A DNA stretch of 10,574 bases from a virus (taxonomy: Duplodnaviria; Heunggongvirae; Uroviricota; Caudoviricetes): IMG/VR virus record IMGVR_UViG_2703718859_000027; one strand, written 5' to 3'. The translations under genes and the position numbers were made by a program. Position 1 is the stretch's first letter; each line of letters starts with the position of its first letter. The notes under the pieces were generated by a model, which was given only the letters and a program-made list of their open reading frames with translations, did no database searches and was not told where the DNA came from. Shown piece after piece: positions 1 through 7,497 of this stretch.

Positions 1-798
1 TTAATGAACATTCGTCGCCGAAAACGAGTCTGTATCATTAGTGCGATGCAGTCTCTGCAAAGGATCTTGTTGATAAAATTGGCAGAAACGTTGCCACAAT
101 GAAGGGAAACGAGGAGCAAAAAGTTCTGGGGCGCTAAAGAAATATTCAGAAAGTACGGCAAAACATTCAGCAGGATCACTGGCAGCATAAGCATCAATGC
201 TCGCCGCATTCTCGCCAACTAATTCGATTTCTTCCTGAATGTTGTTCATTGCAGCATGAAGATCGTGTTCCCAGCCAGCAACCTCACGCAACGGAATAAA
301 GGGAACTCCGCTGGCGCGATCGCCGTTACGGGTGTCCAGCTTATGAGCGACTTCATGAATAATCAGGTTAAAACCAGAAGCATCAAAAGAATCTTGTATA
401 TCCAACCAGTTCAAAACGATAGGCCCTTGCTGCCAGCTCTGACCTGACTGAACAATACGTTGGTTATGCACCAGACCGATATCGTCTTCCCATTCATCAT
501 CGACCACAAATGGCGCAGGATAAATTAAGACTTCATGAAAACCATCCAGCCATTCCAGTCCTAACTCCAGAACGGGTAGGCAAAATAGAAGTGCTATCCG
601 GCAGCTTCTTAATGAATCCAGTTCAAAGCCCTGTAAAGGAACAAGCCGCTTTTGCTGTAAAAAACGTTCGGCAAGAGTGACTAATTTGCTTTGTTCCTGT
701 TCCGTCAGACACGTTAAAAGGGGGATCGATAGTGCTTCCTGCCAGGGAAGGGCAGTTTGATGTGCTGATTCTTGTACTTTCCAGGGCCACTTAATCAT
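1..798 (-). CDS. mtfA: MtfA (Mlc titration factor A / YeeI), zinc-peptidase-like host gene flanking the prophage
   Basis: Minus-strand ORF whose translation from the ATG at 798..796 begins [23 protein letters not shown], which I recognise as E. coli MtfA (265 aa). It contains an HExxH motif ([10 protein letters not shown]). The track ORF runs to 837, but that is an in-frame upstream extension with no start codon. Stop TAA at 3..1. Confidence 0.93.
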
Positions 799-891
799 CG
801 TTTTGCTCGCAAACTCGTCACTTGAACAAAATTGCACGGACAGGGACTGTTAAAATGCCAAATTTCCTGGCATCATGGCAACCATCTGAAC

Positions 892-981
892 GGAGAGATG
901 CCGGAGCGGCTGAACGGACCGGTCTCGAAAACCGGAGTGGGGGCAACTCCACCGGGGGTTCAAATCCCCCTCTCTCCGCCA
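892..981 (+). tRNA. serU: tRNA-Ser (anticodon CGA), class II tRNA with long variable arm; prophage attachment target
   Basis: 90 nt starting GGAGAGATGCCGGAGCGGCTGAACGG and ending CTCTCTCCGCCA. Acceptor stem GGAGAGA/TCTCTCC, anticodon stem CCGGT/ACCGG with loop CTCGAAA (anticodon CGA), long variable arm, T-arm GGGGG-TTCAAAT-CCCCC, discriminator G plus encoded CCA. Matches my memory of E. coli serU, which lies next to mtfA. Confidence 0.93.
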
Positions 982-1027
982 GAATTCAATCACTTACACA
1001 TCATTAAGTCAATGATGAAAATCACAC

Positions 1028-1059
1028 TTGGAATTACTTGGAATATTTTGTTGGAATAT
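1028..1059. repeat. Three direct copies of (C/G)TTGGAAT(A/T)T at the 3' end of int; candidate arm-type Int binding sites
   Basis: cTTGGAATta (1028-1037), cTTGGAATAT (1038-1047), gTTGGAATAT (1050-1059), about 50-80 bp from the tRNA 3' end. Function is inferred only. Confidence 0.35.
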
Positions 1060-2059
1060 TCTGGGGTAATGGTACATCCAGTGTGGGTGAGATCTTTACT
1101 TTTCTATCATAGATTAGCACCTGTCCTTCGGTCTTGTGACCAGAGAAAAGTTGCTTATCCCGGCTACTACCTTCGTAATCTGATATCCCCTTGGCTTTAA
1201 GGTCATGGAATGTAAAATCCGTCGCGATCCCTGATATTTGTCCAGCCAAATTTCTTGCCTCAACCCACATTTCATTAAATCCTTTATACATGTAACGGTT
1301 GCCGTACTGATTGCTGATTACATAGGCTGACTTGGGTAGCTGTTTAGCTTTTTCTATAACTGATTGCAGACGGGGAGTCCAGGCTTTTATCTGTTTCTTT
1401 CCTGTTTTACCTTGCTGGATAAAGATCCCGTCGTTTCCGATCTGTTCCCATTTCAGAGACAACACATCGGAAATCCTTGCTGCGCACAGGTATGCAATTT
1501 CCATTGCGATAAAAACAGGCACAGGAGCCACGCTTAATACGGCCTGGTATTCTTTGTCAGTCACATAGCGCTCTCGGTTTTTGGCCTTGAATTTACTTAC
1601 ACCGGTACAAGGATTAGCCTTTACATACCCTCGTTCATACCCCCAACTGTAAACGCGTGACATGCTGCTTTTTTCATGGTTTGCCTGCGTTTTACTCTGC
1701 TCGCCCCTTTTGTCCATGTATCGTCTGATGTGCTCTGGTTTTACAGAATCGGCCAGCACCTTACCAAATACGGCCAGCAGCTTTTTTTGATGTTGCAGAT
1801 AATCTTTTTGCGTTCTGGGACTAAGATCGCTGTAATAGGCGCTGGCGAGAAATTTTTCCCACAAACGCCCAAATGTCATTGCCCGATCGCGATGGTTAAT
1901 TGTTTCTTCGTACTTTTTCCATAATGCGGCTAAACCATCCTCGATTGCAGTTAAGGTTACAGATTCTCTGGATGTCGGTTTCCATACATAACTATATTTA
2001 TTGGGGTATACCTTTGGCGGTAATTTTTCGTGTTCGGGATTTTTCCTTCGTCTTCCCAT
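1034..2059 (-). CDS. Phage integrase, tyrosine recombinase (lambda Int family)
   Basis: 341-aa ORF; N-terminus MGRRRKNPEHEKLPPKVYPNKYSY resembles lambda Int (MGRRRSHERRDLPPNLY). C-terminal catalytic region FHDLKAKGISD ... GHKTEGQVLIYDRK contains the H-x-x-R-like and HK...Y tyrosine-recombinase signature. ATG at 2059..2057, stop at 1036..1034. Confidence 0.93.
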   Translation of the reverse strand: MGRRRKNPEHEKLPPKVYPNKYSYVWKPTSRESVTLTAIEDGLAALWKKYEETINHRDRAMTFGRLWEKFLASAYYSDLSPRTQKDYLQHQKKLLAVFGKVLADSVKPEHIRRYMDKRGEQSKTQANHEKSSMSRVYSWGYERGYVKANPCTGVSKFKAKNRERYVTDKEYQAVLSVAPVPVFIAMEIAYLCAARISDVLSLKWEQIGNDGIFIQQGKTGKKQIKAWTPRLQSVIEKAKQLPKSAYVISNQYGNRYMYKGFNEMWVEARNLAGQISGIATDFTFHDLKAKGISDYEGSSRDKQLFSGHKTEGQVLIYDRKVKISPTLDVPLPQNIPTKYSK

Positions 2060-2262
2060 TAGATCGCACCGAAATCAGGTTCAGCCTCACGTGGTGGTAA
2101 AGTGTTTCTACAGGTAAACAGTTCCCGACTGACGATCGGTTTTCCACTACGATTGGTATAGAACGGAAGCCCATTTTTTATTAACCAGTTGCGCTGGTGG
2201 CTTGCATATTTGCAGCCCGTTAATATTAGCAATTCATCTTCGGTTAAAAATAAGCTGCTCAT
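2059..2262 (-). CDS. Excisionase-like small DNA-binding protein (DUF4224-type, Xis candidate)
   Basis: 67-aa ORF directly upstream of int; its stop TAA overlaps the int ATG by 1 nt (TAATG), suggesting translational coupling. The sequence LTEDELLILTGCKYASHQRNWLIKNGLPFYTNRSGKPIVSR resembles integrase-associated DUF4224/Xis-like proteins (from memory). Confidence 0.7.
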   Translation of the reverse strand: MSSLFLTEDELLILTGCKYASHQRNWLIKNGLPFYTNRSGKPIVSRELFTCRNTLPPREAEPDFGAI

Positions 2263-2278
2263 AGCTATATCTCATAAC

Positions 2279-2306
2279 CGCCGCTAACTATATGCGGTTA
2301 GCGGCG
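2279..2306. other. Perfect 10-bp inverted repeat (CGCCGCTAAC / GTTAGCGGCG) with 8-nt spacer, between exonuclease stop and xis start
   Basis: Arms 2279-2288 and 2297-2306 are exact reverse complements. No U-run follows on the minus strand, so it is not a classical intrinsic terminator; it could be an RNA-processing or stabilising stem-loop, or a protein-binding site. Confidence 0.5.
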
Positions 2307-2320
2307 ATCAGGGTTGAACA

Positions 2321-4759
2321 TTAAAAATCAGCCTGACTCGGGAACAGTTTTTGCCAGATAGCTGAAACGTATTTTGCCTGGTAACGCGCATCGTGCAGGG
2401 CATTATGGCGTTCACCCTCAAATGTGGTGACGTTGCGGGCATCGAAATCCATCACCAACCCCAGAGCGACCATCGTTCTTACATCGCGATCATTGGTGTA
2501 ACGCCACGGGCAGGGGATCTCCTGCCGTTCATATGAACGGCGTAAAATCACGTTGTCGAAGTTGGCTCCATTTCCCCAGACCTGAACAAAAAACTCACCG
2601 GAGTTTTCGTCTATAAATTCCCGTAATTGTAAAAGCGCATCATCAAGCGGTATTCGATCAGCTAAAATGGCGGCACGGGCTTCGCCAGAGCGTTGAAGCC
2701 ACCATTCGATGGTGCTTATGTCTACAGTGCCGCCACATGTACCCATATCAATTATTTTGCTGAATTCAGGCCCCTGCTCTCCGGTTTGTGGATCGAAAAA
2801 TACAGCGCCTATTGAGGCTATTGGTGCGTCAGGATTTTTGCCCATTGTTTCAAGGTCAATCATCAGATGGTGCCACAACCTGTTGGTGGATGTGATTTCA
2901 CGATGACCGTTCACCTTAATTAAGGGATTTGCTGTCTCGCCTGTTTCATTATTGCCATTGGCATGTTGATCGCCTTCGGTGCACTCCTTGTTCGGGAGTC
3001 CGGCACTTTCCATTTCCTCCGGATCTTTTTCCCGTGCTTCATCCTGGCTTTCTTCGTTGAATGTCTCCTGGTAGGTTGCGTCACCCATCACTGCGCCACA
3101 ATCAGGGCAGTTACCACCACCAGTCTGATTGCATGCGGTACAAACTTTTTCCTCTTCCTGTTGCACTACTGGTTCAGGTTGTTTCGTTTCTGGCTCGTTT
3201 TGTAACGCATTTGGGCTGTTTTGTTCCGCTTTCTGACCGTTCTGTTCCGTTTCTTGCTGGTTCTGGTTCACAGAATCGCAGGTTTCAATCCCCTTAACCC
3301 ATTTTGGATCATTCGGGTCGCTAATCCCTTCAACAAACTCACCACGAGAAGCGGCAAGCAATTTGTCGGCATCTGGTCGACTGATGTCTGCTGCCTCCAT
3401 AATTTTATTTACTTCTTCAGCAGTAACTTTTACCTGTGACTTGTCATCCAGCGGCTGCGGGTCCTGATGATGTTCAACTGTATCCGCTGCCATTGTTTCA
3501 GCCGTTGCCTGTTCATCTGCCATTGCGCCAGATGGTTGCGGGTTTTCTTCATTATTTTTTTCTTCTTCTGTTTTGCACTCAGCAGCCAGTCCGCCGTTAA
3601 TTTCTTCCAGGATATCTTTTTCCGGTGTATGCCGGGCAGCCGTGAGAGTTTCAGTTGTGGGATTCTCGTGATCGGTCTCTGTCAGGTTGGCATTGATATA
3701 CCCCTGAAGACGTCCCGGGTAGTGATAAAACTCAGGGGGGGCGCTCCGGATAAGTGCAAAAATAGCTGCGCGGGAATAGTCCAGGATACCAGGGGTTGCG
3801 CGAAGTGCTGGGGACCATTCCCTGAACGGACTTTCTTTTTTCAGGACGATTTCTTTTGCGCGACGATAAACGCTCACGGGTATTTCATAAATATTAAAAT
3901 CCATCGGAAGTGTGGCTGCTGCAATCTCCACATCCAGAGTATCGAGGGTGTGTACTAAATCAGGATTACGATCCGTTTTATTTCCGCCACCGGCATTTGC
4001 ACCGGAAGCCGTGCGGGTGATGCGAGAAACACGATTTCCTTTCATCCACTCTTTTGTCAGCAGACCTCGATCGGTATAGTCAGCGTCCAGGTATGCTTCG
4101 AAAAAAGCAGTCATTAACCCCAGACTGGAATTAACGGGATTAGGGAAAACTTTGTCTGTGTCGCGTACCAGTTTATGAAGGTCGCGAATCTCCAGCGGGT
4201 CGAGCAGCTTTGTGTTGTGGGAAATAGCCAGGGCAGTAACAGCCGGCAGTTCTTCAGCTCGTGCGATATGTAATGCCTGAAGTTCTTCCCGTGAAACGTG
4301 CGTTACCGGTTTTTCGCTGCCATGTTGCGCAAGCCAGCGAATGGGCAGTTCCTGACCGGAAATCGGCAGGAGCATATTATCCTCAATCTCAGCCATGTTT
4401 TCGCCATTGACGTTGGTATTGTCAGTGCTGGCTGGTTTGTCCTGAACTGAGGGGGAGGGCGCTATAAATATCATTGTGATGCCATCTTCCCCGCCTTTTT
4501 CATAGCGGTTGCAGAATTCAGTATCAAACACGCCTTCCGGTGGAAGGTCATTCACAACGGGGAAATGGACGCGGACGGGTTTTTTGAAATCATCTGCGTC
4601 GTAGCCTGCCTCGTCCATTGCAACAACGCACCGTGAGATGGCAACAGATAATTTTTTTGCTGTAGTCCAGTAAAAACCTCCTTTAATCCCAAGGCGTTTT
4701 CTGACCTTGTCATTTTTTGCTTCGCAATATAGCGAAAATTCTTCTTTATCAGTGCTCAT
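2321..4759 (-). CDS. Large prophage exonuclease: unknown N-terminal domain, acidic disordered linker with CxxC...CxxC zinc-ribbon-like motif, C-terminal DnaQ-like DEDDh 3'-5' exonuclease domain
   Basis: 812-aa ORF with ATG at 4759..4757 and GAGGT Shine-Dalgarno 6 nt upstream. C-terminal motifs MIDLETMG (Exo I, DxE), [12 protein letters not shown] (Exo II) and [10 protein letters not shown] (Exo III, H-x4-D). Central low-complexity region rich in E/Q/N/T, with [16 protein letters not shown]. Occupies the exo/recE slot between xis and the kil-like genes. Confidence 0.85.
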   Translation of the reverse strand: MSTDKEEFSLYCEAKNDKVRKRLGIKGGFYWTTAKKLSVAISRCVVAMDEAGYDADDFKKPVRVHFPVVNDLPPEGVFDTEFCNRYEKGGEDGITMIFIAPSPSVQDKPASTDNTNVNGENMAEIEDNMLLPISGQELPIRWLAQHGSEKPVTHVSREELQALHIARAEELPAVTALAISHNTKLLDPLEIRDLHKLVRDTDKVFPNPVNSSLGLMTAFFEAYLDADYTDRGLLTKEWMKGNRVSRITRTASGANAGGGNKTDRNPDLVHTLDTLDVEIAAATLPMDFNIYEIPVSVYRRAKEIVLKKESPFREWSPALRATPGILDYSRAAIFALIRSAPPEFYHYPGRLQGYINANLTETDHENPTTETLTAARHTPEKDILEEINGGLAAECKTEEEKNNEENPQPSGAMADEQATAETMAADTVEHHQDPQPLDDKSQVKVTAEEVNKIMEAADISRPDADKLLAASRGEFVEGISDPNDPKWVKGIETCDSVNQNQQETEQNGQKAEQNSPNALQNEPETKQPEPVVQQEEEKVCTACNQTGGGNCPDCGAVMGDATYQETFNEESQDEAREKDPEEMESAGLPNKECTEGDQHANGNNETGETANPLIKVNGHREITSTNRLWHHLMIDLETMGKNPDAPIASIGAVFFDPQTGEQGPEFSKIIDMGTCGGTVDISTIEWWLQRSGEARAAILADRIPLDDALLQLREFIDENSGEFFVQVWGNGANFDNVILRRSYERQEIPCPWRYTNDRDVRTMVALGLVMDFDARNVTTFEGERHNALHDARYQAKYVSAIWQKLFPSQADF

Positions 4760-4851
4760 GGATAAACCTCATAACTATTTTAAGGTTGTACGAACCCCTG
4801 CCATTGCTGGCATGCTTAATCAACGGGTATGGCGTTAATACGGCTGCTGGG

Positions 4852-5040
4852 TTATCCAGCCGGTGTTTCGTTATTCAGGTACAGCGATACTTTTTTTAAC
4901 GGGAGGCATTCACCAGAAATTTTTTGCTCGTCTCTTGCCTGGAGGCAGGATTCTTTACTGGCATAAATTCCGGTAATCACATTCTGTGATTCACCCGTTA
5001 TAAGAAAAACCGTCATCACCAGTGCAAATGCTGAAGTCAT
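4852..5040 (-). CDS. Small secreted/membrane protein, YdfD-like (Qin prophage lysis-protein family) candidate
   Basis: 62-aa ORF with hydrophobic N-terminus MTSAFALVMTVFLITG (signal-peptide-like). Its ATG (5040..5038) overlaps the dicB stop (ATGA), as for ydfD downstream of dicB in Qin. Family assignment is from memory of YdfD, not alignment. Confidence 0.6.
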   Translation of the reverse strand: MTSAFALVMTVFLITGESQNVITGIYASKESCLQARDEQKISGECLPLKKVSLYLNNETPAG

Positions 5041-5225
5041 TGACGTTCTCCGAAAATACCAAGTTCAAGAAGGGCAATTCTGGAGAGTATGGAATTATCA
5101 TTGAGAAGATAAGGCTCATATTTTCTCATCTTAATGGCATCTTCAGTAAACTCCCGGTTACTGAGCAGAACACCAATATCAAAACACCCTTCAGACGTAT
5201 TAACGTTTGGTAATAACGTTTCCAT
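5037..5225 (-). CDS. dicB: DicB-like cell-division inhibitor (MinC-dependent FtsZ-ring inhibitor of Qin/Kim prophage type)
   Basis: 62-aa ORF METLLPNVNTSEGCFDIGVLLSNREFTEDAIKMRK; N-terminal half closely matches E. coli K-12 DicB (MKTLLPNVNTSEGCFEIGV...FTEDAINKRK, from memory). GAGGA Shine-Dalgarno upstream. Confidence 0.85.
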   Translation of the reverse strand: METLLPNVNTSEGCFDIGVLLSNREFTEDAIKMRKYEPYLLNDNSILSRIALLELGIFGERQ

Positions 5226-5235
5226 TATCGCGTCC

Positions 5236-5793
5236 TCAACAATGAATTTTTAGTAATTGCTCCACAGTCATATTTTTAATTGCGCTCCGGTTTACAAGAG
5301 TCCAGCCTTGTTTCTCCAGATAAAACTGGAAGGTATCCAGGGTGCAGACCATTGCACCATCAGGAACGGTTTCAGTGAATTTGATATTGCCGTGTTCGTC
5401 GAGACGGATAACCAGGGTACGTCCGTCCCCGTGAATCATTTTGTCGGGAGACGGGGCGTTATTCTGGCGCAGTTCTTTCTCCATGCGATCGAACTCAGCG
5501 ATGTAGGCTTCTTTAAATGCAGCGGCTTTTTTGCCGGTGAAGCCCATCACCAGGAAAACGAAGCCGTTTTTGGTGATTTGGTACATAGGGAGTTTGCGCC
5601 CGGTTGAGTCGGTATATTCACTGGGCGAAAAATTTCGCTCAGTGAATTCTGCTGAACAGTCTAGACGTGAAATTTTTGCCAGTACATCTTTGTGTGGTTT
5701 CCGGAAATACTCGGCAACAGCTAAAGAGGATGTAACAGCACGCCCATTGGCGATAGTAATTTCAGGGTGAGAAAGGGCAGGGATAGTAGCCAT
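5236..5793 (-). CDS. Rha-family phage regulatory protein (N-terminal pRha domain plus about 85-aa C-terminal domain)
   Basis: Segment ITIANGRAVTSSLAVAEYFRKPHKDVLAKI...KLPMYQITKNGFVFLVMGFTGKKAAAFKEAYIAEFDRME matches the Rha/pRha domain (memory of PF09669). Start chosen at ATG 5793..5791 (MATIPALSHPE...) because a perfect GGAGG lies 8 nt upstream (5806..5802). The track ORF extends in frame to an ATG at 6087, so a 283-aa alternative exists. Confidence 0.8.
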   Translation of the reverse strand: MATIPALSHPEITIANGRAVTSSLAVAEYFRKPHKDVLAKISRLDCSAEFTERNFSPSEYTDSTGRKLPMYQITKNGFVFLVMGFTGKKAAAFKEAYIAEFDRMEKELRQNNAPSPDKMIHGDGRTLVIRLDEHGNIKFTETVPDGAMVCTLDTFQFYLEKQGWTLVNRSAIKNMTVEQLLKIHC

Positions 5794-5957
5794 GATGGCA
5801 GCCTCCATGATGAATTTCATTAACTCACCACCGGAGGTAGCAATCTCATGGGTGGTGAGACGCACAGGGTTGCTACAACCGGTCATCATGGAACCCGGCC
5901 AGCCTTGCGGCTGCCCTGCACGCCCCACCATAATCTGAATGTGGCTGTGCATTACGC

Positions 5958-5982
5958 ATAAAAAAACCGCCTGAGCGCGGTT
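5958..5982 (-). terminator. Candidate rho-independent terminator (minus strand)
   Basis: Minus-strand RNA reads AACCGC-GCUCAG-GCGGUU followed by UUUUUAU. It lies inside the in-frame upstream extension of the Rha ORF and downstream of dicF. Confidence 0.45.
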
Positions 5983-6202
5983 ATGCGCCATGATGAACAT
6001 CGGGGTAGCAATCCCGGCACCCGCTTTATGAGGTGCAGGTGCACTATAATTCCACCCGTTCTGGTTTTCAATAGCTACATTCAACATTTTCTCTTACCTT
6101 TCATCACCGAAGTGAACTTTGTCGATGCAGTGCCTGGTGCCTCCAGGTGACGTTAACCAGTTAACAATTAACGCCGGAATACAGAAGTATGCCCGTTACG
6201 CC

Positions 6203-6227
6203 CCGTAAAAGACCACTTTACGGTTTT
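6203..6227 (+). terminator. Terminator-like hairpin plus T-run on the plus strand
   Basis: CCGTAAA-agaccac-TTTACGG followed by TTTT on the plus strand (7-bp stem). No plus-strand gene is upstream, so its role is unclear. Confidence 0.3.
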
Positions 6228-6278
6228 AACTGTTCCGCGTGCGCTTAGCCGCATTCACCGCATCACAAAATTCACTTT

Positions 6279-6331
6279 AAAAAGGGTGGCAGAGCAGTCA
6301 CGGAGTAGAACTGATGCCACCAAAGACTACA
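6279..6331 (-). ncRNA. dicF: DicF-like sRNA (ftsZ-targeting antisense sRNA of Qin-type prophages); 5' seed differs from K-12 DicF
   Basis: Minus-strand sequence CUUUGGUGGCAUCAGUUCUACUCCGUGACUGCUCUGCCACCCUUUUU matches the 3' two-thirds of K-12 DicF (…GUUUGGCGGUAUCAGUUUUACUCCGUGACUGCUCUGCCGCCC, from memory), including the terminal hairpin GGUGGCA…UGCCACC plus U-run. Sits upstream of dicB as in Qin. The 5' boundary is approximate. Confidence 0.8.
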
Positions 6332-6799
6332 CATGGGTATTGTGGCGGGGCTGTCACTTAAGCGTATGGTCAACCTGACAACCCGGTGCATTTTCTGGAG
6401 CAATGGAGGAAACCCCAGCCATACTTACCGCCGCGCCATTTCGCGGATTGCCACAACCGGAAGCGCACGGTCGAAGAAATCTAACGACAAGCCTTCTAAG
6501 GGAAAGAGCTTCGCCGTACGCTTTCGCGTTGTGTGCCTGCTTTTAACCACGTCAGGCGAGGTGGTTTCCGTCGTTCCCCAACGACAGGAAATCTGTATAA
6601 TCTGGATATCCCCAACAACAGGAAGGTGTTTTATATGGTGGTTCAAAAGAATTGTTCAGGTACTGGTAAGCCTGCGGACAGGGCGGACATTCCGAATACC
6701 AGGAAACATATACCTGAGAAAAACATACGACCAAAACCATCTCCAGCTCCTTCAGAGGAGAGGGGGAACAGCAACAATCAAGCAAGCAGGTGATGATAT

Positions 6800-7246
6800 A
6801 TGGACCGGGATGATATTCTTGACAGGGTTTTATATGGCTATTTTCTTGAACAACTATTCTCTGTAGCGACTGGTCGTCTCGATAAACTTCTCTCAGTGGT
6901 GAGTATTATCCTCGGTTCATCTGTCATTGGTGGATTTATTCCTGAAGTTTCTGGAGTTCTCATTGTTGTGATAGCAACCGTTCAAACGATTTACGGATTC
7001 GGACAAAAGTCAGGTAACGCAATGAGAAAATCCGCAGAATATCTGCAGCTTTATGATGATGCAGAAAAATATTCCGATTCGGAATTGAAAATTCAGTTAA
7101 AGCTTCTGGAAAAAACAGATGATAATATTTGGTCGTCGCTTAAAGATATCGCAATCTTAAAAACCCGGATCAAAATAGGAATCTCCGTAGAACAACAAGA
7201 GAAACTGTCTGCAAAATCCAAATTGATGCGATTCCTTTGTGGTTAG
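6800..7246 (+). CDS. Small two-transmembrane-helix membrane protein of unknown function; candidate superinfection-exclusion / abortive-infection effector (SieB-like position, SLATT-like architecture)
   Basis: 148-aa ORF in an AT-rich segment, with AGGTGA Shine-Dalgarno 6 nt before the ATG at 6800. Two hydrophobic helices (LLSVVSIILGSSVIGGF and GVLIVVIATVQTIYGF) followed by a charged helical tail. Transcribed opposite to the surrounding early-left operon. Confidence 0.7.
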   Translation: MDRDDILDRVLYGYFLEQLFSVATGRLDKLLSVVSIILGSSVIGGFIPEVSGVLIVVIATVQTIYGFGQKSGNAMRKSAEYLQLYDDAEKYSDSELKIQLKLLEKTDDNIWSSLKDIAILKTRIKIGISVEQQEKLSAKSKLMRFLCG

Positions 7247-7344
7247 GAATACCCAGATTGTTAAAGATCATGCCGGATGCTTACCCGTGTCCGGCGAACG
7301 TATTCCACTTCGCCTGTGGAGAACTCTTTAATTACTAACCTTCA

Positions 7345-7497
7345 TCAGTCAGAGTTTCTTGCTAACCAGCGACGCGCGCCAGCTGCGGTTTTAAACGTTT
7401 TGCTTCTGGTATACGTCATCGCGGTAAACGTGCCGTCCTGGTTGGGAAACACGCCGCATACCAGAGATTCGTTGTTGCCAAGATTGAGCGTATCCAT
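7345..7497 (-). CDS. Small early-operon protein (50 aa), possibly YdfB-like (Qin prophage small protein)
   Basis: ATG at 7497..7495 with GAGG 5 nt upstream. Translation MDTLNLGNNESLVCGVFPNQDGTFTAMTYTRSKTFKTAAGARRWLARNSD, stop TGA at 7347..7345. Below the 60-aa cutoff of the supplied track. First gene downstream of the PL-like promoter; the family call is from uncertain memory. Confidence 0.5.
   Translation of the reverse strand: MDTLNLGNNESLVCGVFPNQDGTFTAMTYTRSKTFKTAAGARRWLARNSD

Noticed and set aside
256-2100. Plus-strand ORFs 256..447, 822..1007, 832..1200, 1332..1568, 1676..1924 and 1900..2100
   Set aside because: They are antisense to mtfA or int, or overlap the tRNA-Ser gene; translations are low-complexity with no recognisable domains.
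2709-3958. Five plus-strand ORFs (65-163 aa) inside the exonuclease gene
   Set aside because: They are antisense shadow ORFs within a well-supported 812-aa gene, with Cys/Phe/Leu-rich unnatural compositions and no ribosome-binding sites.
2321-4759. Calling the large exonuclease RecE (exonuclease VIII)
   Set aside because: The C-terminal catalytic motifs are DEDDh (DnaQ-like), not the PD-(D/E)xK nuclease expected for RecE, so only a generic exonuclease call is supported.
6333-6866. 177-aa plus-strand ORF (ATG at 6333), plus overlapping 86-aa (GTG) and 73/77-aa (TTG) ORFs
   Set aside because: Trp/Cys/Arg-rich translation typical of an out-of-frame read; overlaps the dicF 5' region and the well-supported 2-TM gene start; the minus-strand ORFs start at TTG. 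Kept as a finding about the region, not called as genes.
6332-7246. Retron (msr/msd plus effector) or type III toxin-antitoxin hypothesis for the repeat-containing region and 2-TM gene
   Set aside because: No reverse transcriptase ORF exists in the window, and there is no tandem array of about 36-nt repeats or ToxN-like soluble endoribonuclease; the inverted repeats alone are insufficient.
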